Origin: an uncultured virus (IMG/VR IMGVR_UViG_3300007960_003098)
Lineage: Duplodnaviria > Heunggongvirae > Uroviricota > Caudoviricetes
DNA: 64,000 nucleotides
Reading direction: 5' to 3' (one strand)
Virus record (IMG/VR): IMGVR_UViG_3300007960_003098
Shown: one piece after another, positions 9,701-18,396 of the stretch
Numbering within the stretch: position 1 is the stretch's first letter
Layout: each line of letters starts with the position of its first letter
Notes under the pieces: generated by a model
Database searches by the model: none
What the model was told of the DNA's origin: nothing
Seen by the model: only the letters and a program-made list of their open reading frames with translations
Program-made: the position numbers and the translations under genes

Positions 9701-11326
9701 CCAGGAGATACTGCTGATAGTACTTGGTTCAACAACGGTATAGCAGTACCTCTAAGCCCCACTGTTCATCGTGAGGTGAATATTCCTACATACATGGCTG
9801 ACAACGAAGAAGTCAAAAAAGAGATTCAAGCACAAGCAGATGAAGTTCAGGGCAAACATACTGGAATTCATGGTTCAGGTACTATGCGTCACTTAGCAGA
9901 TACAACTGATACTATTCCAGCTGGCTTTAGTAACAACGAAAACTTATATAACATAAAGAAAGCGGGTAGTCAACACCCTGTATATAAATTTATCTGGAAC
10001 GTTCCAGAGTCTGATGAACGTAGAAATTATTACAGAGCTGGTTGGATAGCGCCTACAGATATGAGCGATCATCAAAGACGAGTGGAGCGGGAAGAACAAT
10101 ATCCTAACCCGGCCCTAGCAGAATTCTTCATAAAGATCATGAAAGAAGTTCCATACTACGGTAATTCATACAGAAACTTGATCAATTCACACGGACTATA
10201 TGTCAGACCTGACAACGGTGATATCGGTTTTATTGACAATGATGGCAGTATGAGTAGTATCAATGATTCTATATCTCACATCAGTCTTGTGAATGCATTG
10301 TACAAAAACATGCCAGAGCTTAAAAAATTAATCCCACCTAAGAAAGCTAAAGAATCGGGTGTTGCTCCTGAACAAGTAAGAAAACTAAATCAGTCTTGGA
10401 ATAGTGAGGATAAATTTTATCTGAGTGTTGTCAAGAAACCACATGGTGCAAAATATGCTGGAAGATACAGCTGGAGAGAAGGTCCTCAACTTCCACCAGG
10501 CACGGCATATGAAATGTATTACAAGACTCCTCAAGGTACAACTAGAATAAACAATATCCTTTACTTTCCCGACAAAGGTCCAGTAGTCATTTTCGACGGC
10601 AGGGGTGAAAAAGAAACTTATACTACAGATCAAAAGATCAGTCGTTTCTTAGATAGATATCCCGAATTAAAAGACATCTTAAGTCCGTTTGCTAAAAGCA
10701 ACAAATGGCTACGTGAGTCTAGCGAAGACATCATCAACTATCTATTAACTGAATCAGAATTAGTGAGCGATAACTTTGACGATATCAGTAAGACAGATGT
10801 TGATCCTTATGTTAGTCTTTTAGAAAACGAATTAGCAGAGTCATTAGGTGATCTCGCATGGGCTAAACGTGAAGCAGAAAAACGTCAACAAAATAAACCC
10901 AAGAAAGAATGGAAACCCAACTATCACTTTGTAAAGCCCGGTGAACTGCGTGGTTCTTACACTGATCAGCAGATGAAAGACATGGGCTTTAAGATGGCAT
11001 CTAGTGGCAATTGGTACATGCCAATGAACAAGTTCCAAGACTTGATCAAGTCAGGCAAATTGCGTGAAGATGAGCAAGCTATCTTAGAAGGTAGAAAGCT
11101 ACCAAGAACATCTGAGTTCTTGCACGTTAAGCAAGACTTGATGAGATTAGCGGGTATCAGCGAACAGAAGGGTGATGACTCTATGGGTTCAAACATCTCA
11201 TACACTGCTAGCAAGATATCTAAAATCATGAAAGACAATGATATACAGCCCGGAACTAATGAATGGTTTCGTTTATGGTTTTCTAAACCGTACTTGACAG
11301 GTGAGACACCATACGGAGGCAAATAA
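6737..11326 (+). CDS. 1529-aa multidomain protein with internal repeats, probably virion-packaged
   Basis: MLPREILKE start; SACFFGRGTRWCTA motif; repeated (I/V)P-x-x-PS-x-x-GE-x-Y units; LMRLAG and PGTNEWFRLWFSKPY C-terminal modules. Confidence 0.6.
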   Translation: MLPREILKEYNTEKTAQNFGKKLFLRYFQDLEQTPGAQTVTGIPMDVWLKQNELQEVVDNPQTSPEEKAKAEEAIEKLRTKAVFKLLKKFEEIDPTNNKEYVQWMVRTYINDQMSIEDIGSTVAEYLAKFNALKIKRHIKPPKNDIGQYKSFNDFMNEVDQYQDPLEADKDKQAERGKYELIYDADNLLVLKPKDKTSACFFGRGTRWCTAATRGHNYFSHYNRQGPMYIIIPRKPSHPGEKYQFHFDSRQYAEESDTMLNQGELVQLVEKYPQLADIFKQQAEEYGLFWLQKPIIKKDETYTLYIYKKNNRPFLRVVPKNPSHEGEEYFIEKDINDRVEIRNESNRSLSPIEKYNFVENMPGLTEKLGIDIDGYDPKTAEKIQKGDNTYVKFGEKYAIIDTSDGKFVTSLVGDTSYGSGDLKKGIYRWVPKSEQRRSTYEEVNPYEFMIEHPELNTMFKDALNRIQNATSDLGRRHGSNSSAKYGWMAPHSSIDTQNGKVYEFGQNGKPVAYYIKDNDVGGQEGIVFSMDPNGEVDNIETMDARGNLEKMSFLQQVAFLDRHADLKDMLPGTKAFNPEEIDIGNAVLKKYHTQTERADRDIITKDNYFLIPKDPSRPGEKYSLTIKYRGEAQPATDQIENKTFVGADISAFADDRAKPIDLTSTRSYGYRYDQERSVPGLINHFIEKFPGLEKFVSPDNSMSHSGGYGYDRTKYVPGQTIDNDRVKVKRFDEVDRAGNATSHGTPRLLVTDKQTGDSYVVTTQARDRRGKTGKIGRIEVNAIPKDLINWGETDDDKKLNAKTLGEAEIIALFRKFPEMVDVIKKENIHPKSPHPALVKVADSEEDLQVKTDTFRVERRPDDPGREDIFFKDPNKENVAFQYSEDYNDRYGRKENLPAMITIASQMIDRGYRGDTEQYGSHAWYRLMNENPALKEYVKERTKNDYIGVVGAGEPDEVKTLGNIREYIFNAKNGRMLYFTPITNPVKDSPGDTADSTWFNNGIAVPLSPTVHREVNIPTYMADNEEVKKEIQAQADEVQGKHTGIHGSGTMRHLADTTDTIPAGFSNNENLYNIKKAGSQHPVYKFIWNVPESDERRNYYRAGWIAPTDMSDHQRRVEREEQYPNPALAEFFIKIMKEVPYYGNSYRNLINSHGLYVRPDNGDIGFIDNDGSMSSINDSISHISLVNALYKNMPELKKLIPPKKAKESGVAPEQVRKLNQSWNSEDKFYLSVVKKPHGAKYAGRYSWREGPQLPPGTAYEMYYKTPQGTTRINNILYFPDKGPVVIFDGRGEKETYTTDQKISRFLDRYPELKDILSPFAKSNKWLRESSEDIINYLLTESELVSDNFDDISKTDVDPYVSLLENELAESLGDLAWAKREAEKRQQNKPKKEWKPNYHFVKPGELRGSYTDQQMKDMGFKMASSGNWYMPMNKFQDLIKSGKLREDEQAILEGRKLPRTSEFLHVKQDLMRLAGISEQKGDDSMGSNISYTASKISKIMKDNDIQPGTNEWFRLWFSKPYLTGETPYGGK

Positions 11327-12090
11327 TGAGAGCTAGTGAATTTATAACAGAGAGTGTGGGTTCCGTTATTGACCTCACAAAAAATTATCCTCAATATGCA
11401 AAATTGCAAGGAAAAATACTTGACATCTCCCCTAAAGGCAAGTATAAGATAGAGATAGTTTCTGCTGAAGTCGCTCCAGGAAAAAAATCAAGCGTGAAGG
11501 TAGGCGACACCGTTAATATACATAAAAATTACATAAAACAATCTTTAAAAGAAAGTGTAACTTTCGATCCAATCGTTTTCGACAAAGAAAATAAGTATTA
11601 TCACAACCCTTTTGGTTCTAAAAAAGAAGTAAAGTGTTGGGTATGTGACGGTAAAGGTAAAGAATCATATGGCAAGGACGAGTGGGATTGTGATATGTGC
11701 GGGGGCAAAGGTAAACGAGAAGAATGGGTATCAGATGCACCCGAACTTAACGTAAGCAATTCAAACGCATTTGCTATCCAACAGATGCTGGGGATAGATG
11801 ACCCAGATTACGCCGGGCATATTGACAACAAAGATTTACCTGATATAATGCGTAGACTGATCATGCTTAAAAATCAAGGTTCCGAAGAATATACCGAGCC
11901 GGGTTCTATCACGGGTAACAAGATGCAACGATATAAAGACCCTGAAACCGGACTAGATAGAATTGGTAGACAGGGACCTATGATGTATCATATGGGAAGA
12001 TCATCTTCTCAAGTAGAAAGATATATAGATAAGCTACTTGAGATAATCAAGTTTGCACAACAAAATAATGCCGATTTAGGATGGGGATAA
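11326..12090 (+). CDS. Protein with DnaJ-type Zn finger, CTS-like N-terminus
   Basis: CWVCDGKG and CDMCGGKG; MRASEFITE start. Confidence 0.65.
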   Translation: MRASEFITESVGSVIDLTKNYPQYAKLQGKILDISPKGKYKIEIVSAEVAPGKKSSVKVGDTVNIHKNYIKQSLKESVTFDPIVFDKENKYYHNPFGSKKEVKCWVCDGKGKESYGKDEWDCDMCGGKGKREEWVSDAPELNVSNSNAFAIQQMLGIDDPDYAGHIDNKDLPDIMRRLIMLKNQGSEEYTEPGSITGNKMQRYKDPETGLDRIGRQGPMMYHMGRSSSQVERYIDKLLEIIKFAQQNNADLGWG

Positions 12091-12102
12091 GGAGAAACCA
12101 CG

Positions 12103-12255
12103 ATGGCGAAATCAATTAAAACAGGTAACACAAAGCGAGTACTCAACGACACAGCCTGCAAAGGTACAAGTATCGGTAGAGGTGCGATCAAACTATCAAG
12201 CATGAACAAAGACAAAAAGCGTTCATACAAGAAGTACAGAGGTCAGGGGCGTTAA
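12103..12255 (+). CDS. 50-aa basic peptide ending YKKYRGQGR (not in ORF track)
   Basis: RBS AAGGAG; translation MAKSIKTGNTKRVLNDTACKGTSIGRGAIKLSSMNKDKKRSYKKYRGQGR. Confidence 0.75.
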   Translation: MAKSIKTGNTKRVLNDTACKGTSIGRGAIKLSSMNKDKKRSYKKYRGQGR

Positions 12256-12303
12256 AAACAAGAAATTAGTCTATGCACACGTGACAGGTCAAGATTCTTT
12301 AAC

Positions 12304-13290
12304 ATGATAAAGTTAAATCAAAGAATTTTCGGTCAATATGTCATGATGCTTAACGATAAGTTGAGAAATCAGTTCTTCTATGATGCATTAAAGAAGCATG
12401 TTAAAGGCAAGGTAGTACTTGATGTAGGCTCAGGGACTGGATTACTTGCGGCATACGCACTAGAACATGGTGCTAAATTCGTTTATGCAGTAGAACAAAT
12501 GGAACAATCTGCTAAAGTAGCACAATTCGCATTAGAAAGTTGCTACGGTCAATCTAAATTCAAAGTTATCACTGGAAGATTCCCCAACGAACAAATTATA
12601 GATATGATACCAAAACAATCGATTGATGTTTTGGTCAGTGAACTAGTTGGTGAATCATTGTTTGATGAAGGACAATACACAGTTTGGAAGAACTGTGTAA
12701 AACATAAGTTTTTTAAAGATGATGCTATCAGTATACCAGATCGATTACATTGTGATGTACACATGTGGTACTCACACTTTGATCTCGTAACAGATCAAGT
12801 AACAAAGTCAGTCAAGCATAATATGCTAGACGAAGATGCATTATTGCTTAATAAGTTCAGTGACGCATTAGTAGACTTTGACAGAAACCCAACACACGCA
12901 GATGATTATCGATGTAGACCAAGCATCAACTATACCGGCTTTATGCCTTCATTCAAAATTCATGCTGAATTAAATGCAGTTGATATTAAACCTGACCAAA
13001 CTTTAAAAAATATTGTTAGTATCGATAAAGACCATTTACCAGATGAGGTGTCGTTCGAAATACATTTAGATGAAGACAAACAAGTTACAGTTGCGATTGA
13101 CAACAAGATATCTTCTACCGATAAAACATTATATTTAAAAGATGGTCATTGGAAGCTGAGTAGTTTCTTTAAATTGTTTAAAGCAGGTACATATAAGTTT
13201 ACTGCATCACTTTCTACAGAGCGCCCTTTTTCTGGAGAAGACGTTTGGAAAATAAAAAAATATGTACGCTCTAGCTATTCATACGAATAA
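12304..13290 (+). CDS. SAM-dependent methyltransferase resembling protein arginine methyltransferases (PRMT-like)
   Basis: MLNDKLRN, VVLDVGSGTGLL, VYAVE, DVLVSELVGESLFDEG (double-E loop), IPD before a beta-rich C-terminal domain. Confidence 0.8.
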   Translation: MIKLNQRIFGQYVMMLNDKLRNQFFYDALKKHVKGKVVLDVGSGTGLLAAYALEHGAKFVYAVEQMEQSAKVAQFALESCYGQSKFKVITGRFPNEQIIDMIPKQSIDVLVSELVGESLFDEGQYTVWKNCVKHKFFKDDAISIPDRLHCDVHMWYSHFDLVTDQVTKSVKHNMLDEDALLLNKFSDALVDFDRNPTHADDYRCRPSINYTGFMPSFKIHAELNAVDIKPDQTLKNIVSIDKDHLPDEVSFEIHLDEDKQVTVAIDNKISSTDKTLYLKDGHWKLSSFFKLFKAGTYKFTASLSTERPFSGEDVWKIKKYVRSSYSYE

Positions 13291-13322
13291 ATACACTAAC
13301 AAAAACTAGGAATATATTTTAA

Positions 13323-13844
13323 ATGAGAACATTTATTGACATCGTAAATGAAAACTCGTATAGGGGCGACGGTTCGCCTGGTATGGTAATGGGTGTTGCT
13401 TCTGATGCCAGAAGTGATACTAACACTTATGAAGCAAATGAGATAAATACTAGTATGGATATTAACGAACTCAAAAAACTTTCTGGCGTAGAAGCCGATC
13501 TAGATGAAGCACGTAAGAAGCGTCCTGACGAAGAAGACGATTGGGACGAAGAAGACGAGAAGCCAGAAGATCCTGATGCGGACAAAGTACCTCACTTTGT
13601 TATGCAACTACGTAAAGCACTTGACGTAGACGGTAACTATGAAATCAAGTTTACTGACGGTAGCAAACATAAACTCCCAATGAAAGACATTAATGCATTC
13701 ATGGAGATGTATTCTTTAGTCAAACCTCTAGATAAAGAAAAGATGCAAGATGTTGCTATCATGAGCAAAACCAATTTTGACAAGATTGTATCTTTCTTCA
13801 AACCAGAACACGGTCCTAGAGAAAAAAGTATCTACGATAGGTAA
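13323..13844 (+). CDS. Acidic hypothetical protein, CTS-like N-terminus; possible internal start at 13455
   Basis: TAAATA at about 13288 and again internally at 13444; MRTFIDIVNE start. Confidence 0.6.
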   Translation: MRTFIDIVNENSYRGDGSPGMVMGVASDARSDTNTYEANEINTSMDINELKKLSGVEADLDEARKKRPDEEDDWDEEDEKPEDPDADKVPHFVMQLRKALDVDGNYEIKFTDGSKHKLPMKDINAFMEMYSLVKPLDKEKMQDVAIMSKTNFDKIVSFFKPEHGPREKSIYDR

Positions 13845-13850
13845 TCTCAC

Positions 13851-14045
13851 ATGAGAGCCTCTGATATCGTAAAGCCTGAACACTTATATGTTGCTACTGT
13901 ATTTGTACAGCAACCAGGCTATACGGGTAATATGGATCTCACTGTATCTGCTAAAAATCATTTCGAAGCAAGACAATTAATGAAACGATTATATAACGTT
14001 CCTGATTCTAGGATCGGCAGTATACGTTTAATGAAGCGTGGCTAA
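13851..14045 (+). CDS. Small hypothetical protein (MRASDI tag)
   Basis: ORF packing; shared N-terminal tag. Confidence 0.6.
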   Translation: MRASDIVKPEHLYVATVFVQQPGYTGNMDLTVSAKNHFEARQLMKRLYNVPDSRIGSIRLMKRG

Positions 14046-14047
14046 TC

Positions 14048-14443
14048 ATGCGAGCCAGCGAAATTGCAGTTCCTAATATAGGAATCAATGTTAAATCTGA
14101 TGGCAACATTTCATACGCTGATTTAATCATAGATGGCAAGAAAAAATACGAAACTAGAAACACTAATTCTCTTAAACCCTACGTAGGTAAAAGAGTCAGT
14201 ATTGTTCGCACTGGTCGAGGCAAAGCAGTTGCTATAGGTAGTGTAGTAATAGGTGAACCTATAGAAGTCGATGAAGACACGTTTAGAAAATATGAAAAAG
14301 CACATTTAGTTCCTGCAGGAAGCAAATTTGATATAGTCACAAACGGAACTAAATTTTTATACCCAATGATTGATCCAAAACGCTATGATACCCCTAAACA
14401 AGTTGCAGGTTTAGGTATCATTAGCAGAAAACTAGAAGTCTAA
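14048..14443 (+). CDS. ASCH/PUA-like domain protein
   Basis: YADLIIDGKKKYETR (GxKxxExR) motif; AIGSV strand. Confidence 0.8.
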   Translation: MRASEIAVPNIGINVKSDGNISYADLIIDGKKKYETRNTNSLKPYVGKRVSIVRTGRGKAVAIGSVVIGEPIEVDEDTFRKYEKAHLVPAGSKFDIVTNGTKFLYPMIDPKRYDTPKQVAGLGIISRKLEV

Positions 14444-15189
14444 GCAGGCTTGTGATAAACAAAATACAAACGGTCGTTTGCATCTTTCTTAAAAGTTTCT
14501 AACTCTACACCAAACTCTTTAGCAAACTCATGCGCTACTTCAAAGCTCCAAGGAAACACATCTACCCAGGGTCCTGTCTTATGTTGAATGCCTGGGTTGA
14601 CTCTAAAGAACATCTTTCCTCCTTTTGCTAACAGTTTTTCGCAATTAGCAAGACGGTCTCTGATATCATCTTTACTGTTAAAGTTGATAGAGCCTAGCGC
14701 AATGATAGCATCAAAATGTTCGTCAACGTTTGCATACTCTAAAATGTCAACTTGATAGTCAGACATGTTGTTGTATGGATCGATACCAATCAAGTTTTGA
14801 ATCCGGCCCTTGAATTGATTGTAACCGCATCCTACGTCTAAGACTGCTTTTGGATTCATCTTGTTTACAGTGTCTACAAGTTGCCAGCCTGTATAGCTAT
14901 AACGCTCAGTCTGCGGCTTCCAAATCTCTCCAAAGAACATGTTAGAATACTTGACATCTAACTGATGAACAATGTCTTTGATGGTGCCTTCCCAACGAAC
15001 TTTATCTTGTTCTTTCAGAGTAAGCGTTTCAGTGATCTTGTCTTTAAACTTCTCAAACTTAGCAGGAGTAAGATGCAAGTCCTCAAACTTTGTGTTTTCA
15101 TCAAGGCTAGCACGAATTTCATCATACTTAGGTAAATTCAGTGCTTCTTGCAACTTTTCCATCACTAACTTAAAAATTTTGTTGTTCAT
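14440..15189 (-). CDS. Acyl-carrier-like N-terminal domain fused to class I SAM methyltransferase
   Basis: VLDVGCGYN, GIDP, FDAIIALGSINF, LAKGG; helical ACP-like N-terminus (LDENTKFEDLHL...TIKDIV). Confidence 0.7.
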   Translation of the reverse strand: MNNKIFKLVMEKLQEALNLPKYDEIRASLDENTKFEDLHLTPAKFEKFKDKITETLTLKEQDKVRWEGTIKDIVHQLDVKYSNMFFGEIWKPQTERYSYTGWQLVDTVNKMNPKAVLDVGCGYNQFKGRIQNLIGIDPYNNMSDYQVDILEYANVDEHFDAIIALGSINFNSKDDIRDRLANCEKLLAKGGKMFFRVNPGIQHKTGPWVDVFPWSFEVAHEFAKEFGVELETFKKDANDRLYFVYHKPA

Positions 15190-15218
15190 CGTAAAATTTC
15201 GTCCTTTCGAGAAAAAAG

Positions 15219-15252
15219 TATAAATACTTTTGATTTTTATATATCTACTTAT
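15219..15252. promoter_or_regulatory. Divergent late-type promoter pair
   Basis: TATAAATA on + (15219-15226) and ATAAGTA on - (15246-15252) between divergent genes. Confidence 0.55.
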
Positions 15253-15279
15253 CTGAAATCAGAAAGGATCTAAAATTTT

Positions 15280-16731
15280 ATGGATTACCTTATGTGGTTA
15301 CTGCTTGGCACAGCGTATGGCTTCATGTTTGGAGTTATACCCGTTGCTGGAGCAGGCATTGGATTGATATCCATATATGGATTCATTGATGTGTTCAGAG
15401 CAGACCCCAGCTTACTAGTAGTATTCACGACTGCTATGGTAGTTGCCGCGGCTATCGGTGATAGTTTCGCAAGTGTAGTGATGGGTATTCCCGGAGCTAA
15501 CGGCAGTGCCGCTACTATGGTAGATGGCTTTCCCATGACTCAGAAAGGCGAAGGCGCTAGAGCATTAGGCGCCGCACTAAGCACATCAACAATGAACGGA
15601 TTGATCTGGGGTGCTTTAGTATTCTTGTTCTTACCTTATTATGCCCCCATCGTGTTGACATTTGCTATCCCAGAGATTCTTGCGTTCTTGTTGTTAGCGT
15701 TCTGTGCAGTATGTTTTATCAACAGCAAATATTGGTTCAGGGGTATCATCGCACTAGCGATAGGTGTATTCTTGGGATTAGTTGGTCAGCATCCTGTGAC
15801 AGGCGAGATGAGATTCACGTTTGGATGGGACTACTTAGGTGGTGCTATTCAAATGGCTCCTCTAGTAGCAGGTGTGTTAGCGTTTCCTGAACTGATGAAA
15901 GCATATAGAAACAGACACAAGCAAGTGATTGTCAAAAACATTCAAACAGAATGGCAACAGATTTGGCAAGGATTCAAAGATTCTTGGATTCACAAAGTAG
16001 ACGGATTGCGTGGTGGTTTTGTAGGAGCTGTTATCGGTGTCATTCCCGGTATCGGTGGCAGTGTTGCTGACTGGCTCTCTTATGGTCAGACAGTTGCTTG
16101 GAATAAAAACGAAAAGATTCCGTTTGGTGAGGGTAACATCAAGGGCGTGATTGGTACTGAAGGTTCTAACAACGCACAGAAAGCAAGCGCATATGTTCCT
16201 ACAGTATTGTTTGGTATCCCGGGCGCACACTTTGAAGCTATCATCATGTCATTATTTTTAATCGTAGGTATCGAATTAGGATCACCTGCGTTATTACAGG
16301 ATCTGTCATTCTTTGACACTCTAGCAAGCAGTTACTTCTGGTCTTTGATCATTAGTTTCTTTGCAGGATTAGTGTTTATAAGATATGCAGTAAGGATCAC
16401 TAATCTTCCTTTCATCTATTATTTCTGGCCTATCATGGGCTTGTTATTATGGAGTAGTGTACAGTATACTGGATACTGGGAAGATTATGCGATCTTTGGA
16501 TTGTGCTGTCTGTTTGGAATGTTTTTAACTCGTTTCAAGTTAAGCAGAGCGGCATTGATCATAGGGTTTGTATTGGCTGAACGGCTAGAAGCTACATTCA
16601 ATCAATACATCAGACTATATGAACCACTAGATATTTTCACTAGACCTATCAGTGGTACTTTAGTCTTACTGGCTACCGTAGCCATTGTTTACGGAATATT
16701 CTACAACAAAACAAGGATAAATTACGTATGA
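15280..16731 (+). CDS. tctA: Tripartite tricarboxylate transporter large permease TctA family
   Basis: GIPGANGSAATMVDGFPMTQKG, GVIPGIG, GTEGSNNA, PTVLFGIPG; about 12 TM segments. Confidence 0.9.
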   Translation: MDYLMWLLLGTAYGFMFGVIPVAGAGIGLISIYGFIDVFRADPSLLVVFTTAMVVAAAIGDSFASVVMGIPGANGSAATMVDGFPMTQKGEGARALGAALSTSTMNGLIWGALVFLFLPYYAPIVLTFAIPEILAFLLLAFCAVCFINSKYWFRGIIALAIGVFLGLVGQHPVTGEMRFTFGWDYLGGAIQMAPLVAGVLAFPELMKAYRNRHKQVIVKNIQTEWQQIWQGFKDSWIHKVDGLRGGFVGAVIGVIPGIGGSVADWLSYGQTVAWNKNEKIPFGEGNIKGVIGTEGSNNAQKASAYVPTVLFGIPGAHFEAIIMSLFLIVGIELGSPALLQDLSFFDTLASSYFWSLIISFFAGLVFIRYAVRITNLPFIYYFWPIMGLLLWSSVQYTGYWEDYAIFGLCCLFGMFLTRFKLSRAALIIGFVLAERLEATFNQYIRLYEPLDIFTRPISGTLVLLATVAIVYGIFYNKTRINYV

Positions 16732-17318
16732 AAAAGTTATTAGTATTATTATGTGCATCATTGATGTTCACAACACCGGCATTTGCTGAAGACAAGGGTT
16801 ATCAAGATAAAGTCAAGTTTGGCGTTCGTTATGATGATTCTAGTGTCTCAAGCAAAGATCAGATGAATGTAAGAATTGACTTAGATCGTGAATGGGACAA
16901 TGGCTTCAAACTTGGCTATGGTTCACGTACTAATCATAGATTCGAAGGTGATAAAAACACCCAGCGTCATATGATCAGAATCGGTCAAGAAGTTGGCAAC
17001 TTTGTAGTTAACGGTCAAGTAGGTATCAAACTACCACATGGTAAAGATCATTCTTACTTCTGGACTATTCAACCAGGTTACAAGTTCAAAGTTACTAAAG
17101 ATTTACAAGTGCGTGTGTCATATGACTATCGTGAAGGATTCAGTGGTAACGGCAATTCTGCAAAAGAAAATGATTACAGACACGGTCCACGTTTACGCTT
17201 AAAGCATAAAGTAAAGTGGTCATTCGCTGATGCTGTTGAATTACACCTTGATCGTTTACATTTCAAAGACGATGAGTCACGCAATCGTATCGCTTTAGTG
17301 TTTGAAAAGAAATTTTAA
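16728..17318 (+). CDS. Outer-membrane beta-barrel (porin-like) protein
   Basis: Signal peptide (AFA cleavage site), alternating amphipathic strands, C-terminal Phe (LVFEKKF). Confidence 0.7.
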   Translation: MKKLLVLLCASLMFTTPAFAEDKGYQDKVKFGVRYDDSSVSSKDQMNVRIDLDREWDNGFKLGYGSRTNHRFEGDKNTQRHMIRIGQEVGNFVVNGQVGIKLPHGKDHSYFWTIQPGYKFKVTKDLQVRVSYDYREGFSGNGNSAKENDYRHGPRLRLKHKVKWSFADAVELHLDRLHFKDDESRNRIALVFEKKF

Positions 17319-17333
17319 TAGGAGATTAACATA

Positions 17334-18395
17334 ATGTTTAAAAAGTTATTTGCATTACTGTGTCTAGTAGGTATGGTATCTACTGCACAAGCAGAAACAT
17401 TTCGTCTTATCGTTCCGCAAAATCCAGGTGGCGGTACAGACGTATGGGCTAGAATCGTTGCAGGAGAACTTGAAAAGAAACTGCCCGGTGATACTATCAT
17501 CGTAGAAAATATTCCAGGTGCTAGAGACATTCCGGGATTCAATAAGTTTCATAACGAGTTGAGATATGATCCAAACGTAATCATGGTTAGCAATGGGGGT
17601 AATGCAGAAGACTTTTTACTCTCTAAAGTTGACTACAATTATAATGATTACGCACTGCTTGGTCTGCAAAATCTTACTATCGTTGTTGGCAAGCGTAACG
17701 ACAGCAATCCGGAAAACGGAGTAAGATTTGCAGCCGGTAGTGGTCAGAATCCTGACACTATGGCTATCACTATGCTAGTATGCGGTCCTCAAAAATCATT
17801 TGATGCATATCTTAAGTGCTTTAATGACAAGATCACATATGTACCCGGTATGAAGGGTGGTGAAAGACGTTTGTCTTATATGCGAGGTGAACTAAACGTT
17901 ACACGTGAGTCGCCAGCCGCATATAAAAAGCATCCTTCTAAAGTTCCCGAGAACGTAACTTGGTTCACTCACGGAATCTTAGATTTAAAAACAGGTGCTA
18001 TCGTAAATGACAGAAACTTCAAGGACCTTTCATTTGCTGAAGTCTATAAGAAACGCTGGGGCGTAGCTCCTTCAGGCGATTTCTATGATGCATATGTAGT
18101 TCTTAAAAACTATAGAGATGTATTGCAGAAGGCTCTGTGGGTAGATAAAAAGAATCCCAACAGAGCAAAACTTGAAAATGCTCTTAGAGCAATGGTAAAT
18201 GATCCAGTAAGTCGTAAAGCATTGATTGCTGATTCAGGCGATTATGATTGGATCATTGGCGAGCGTGACGGTGCTAGAGTACTAGACATTCTTGGCAAAC
18301 AAACTTCTGCTAAGAACTTGAAAAATCTAGTATGGTGGAACACACAAGCATATGGTCAGAAGCCTGTATACAAACCAGAGCTAGCGAAGCAATAA
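17334..18395 (+). CDS. tctC: TctC/Bug-family periplasmic substrate-binding protein
   Basis: Signal peptide; LIVPQNPGGGTDVWAR; IIVENIPGA; YVPGMKGGE. Confidence 0.85.
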   Translation: MFKKLFALLCLVGMVSTAQAETFRLIVPQNPGGGTDVWARIVAGELEKKLPGDTIIVENIPGARDIPGFNKFHNELRYDPNVIMVSNGGNAEDFLLSKVDYNYNDYALLGLQNLTIVVGKRNDSNPENGVRFAAGSGQNPDTMAITMLVCGPQKSFDAYLKCFNDKITYVPGMKGGERRLSYMRGELNVTRESPAAYKKHPSKVPENVTWFTHGILDLKTGAIVNDRNFKDLSFAEVYKKRWGVAPSGDFYDAYVVLKNYRDVLQKALWVDKKNPNRAKLENALRAMVNDPVSRKALIADSGDYDWIIGERDGARVLDILGKQTSAKNLKNLVWWNTQAYGQKPVYKPELAKQ

Positions 18396-18396
18396 T

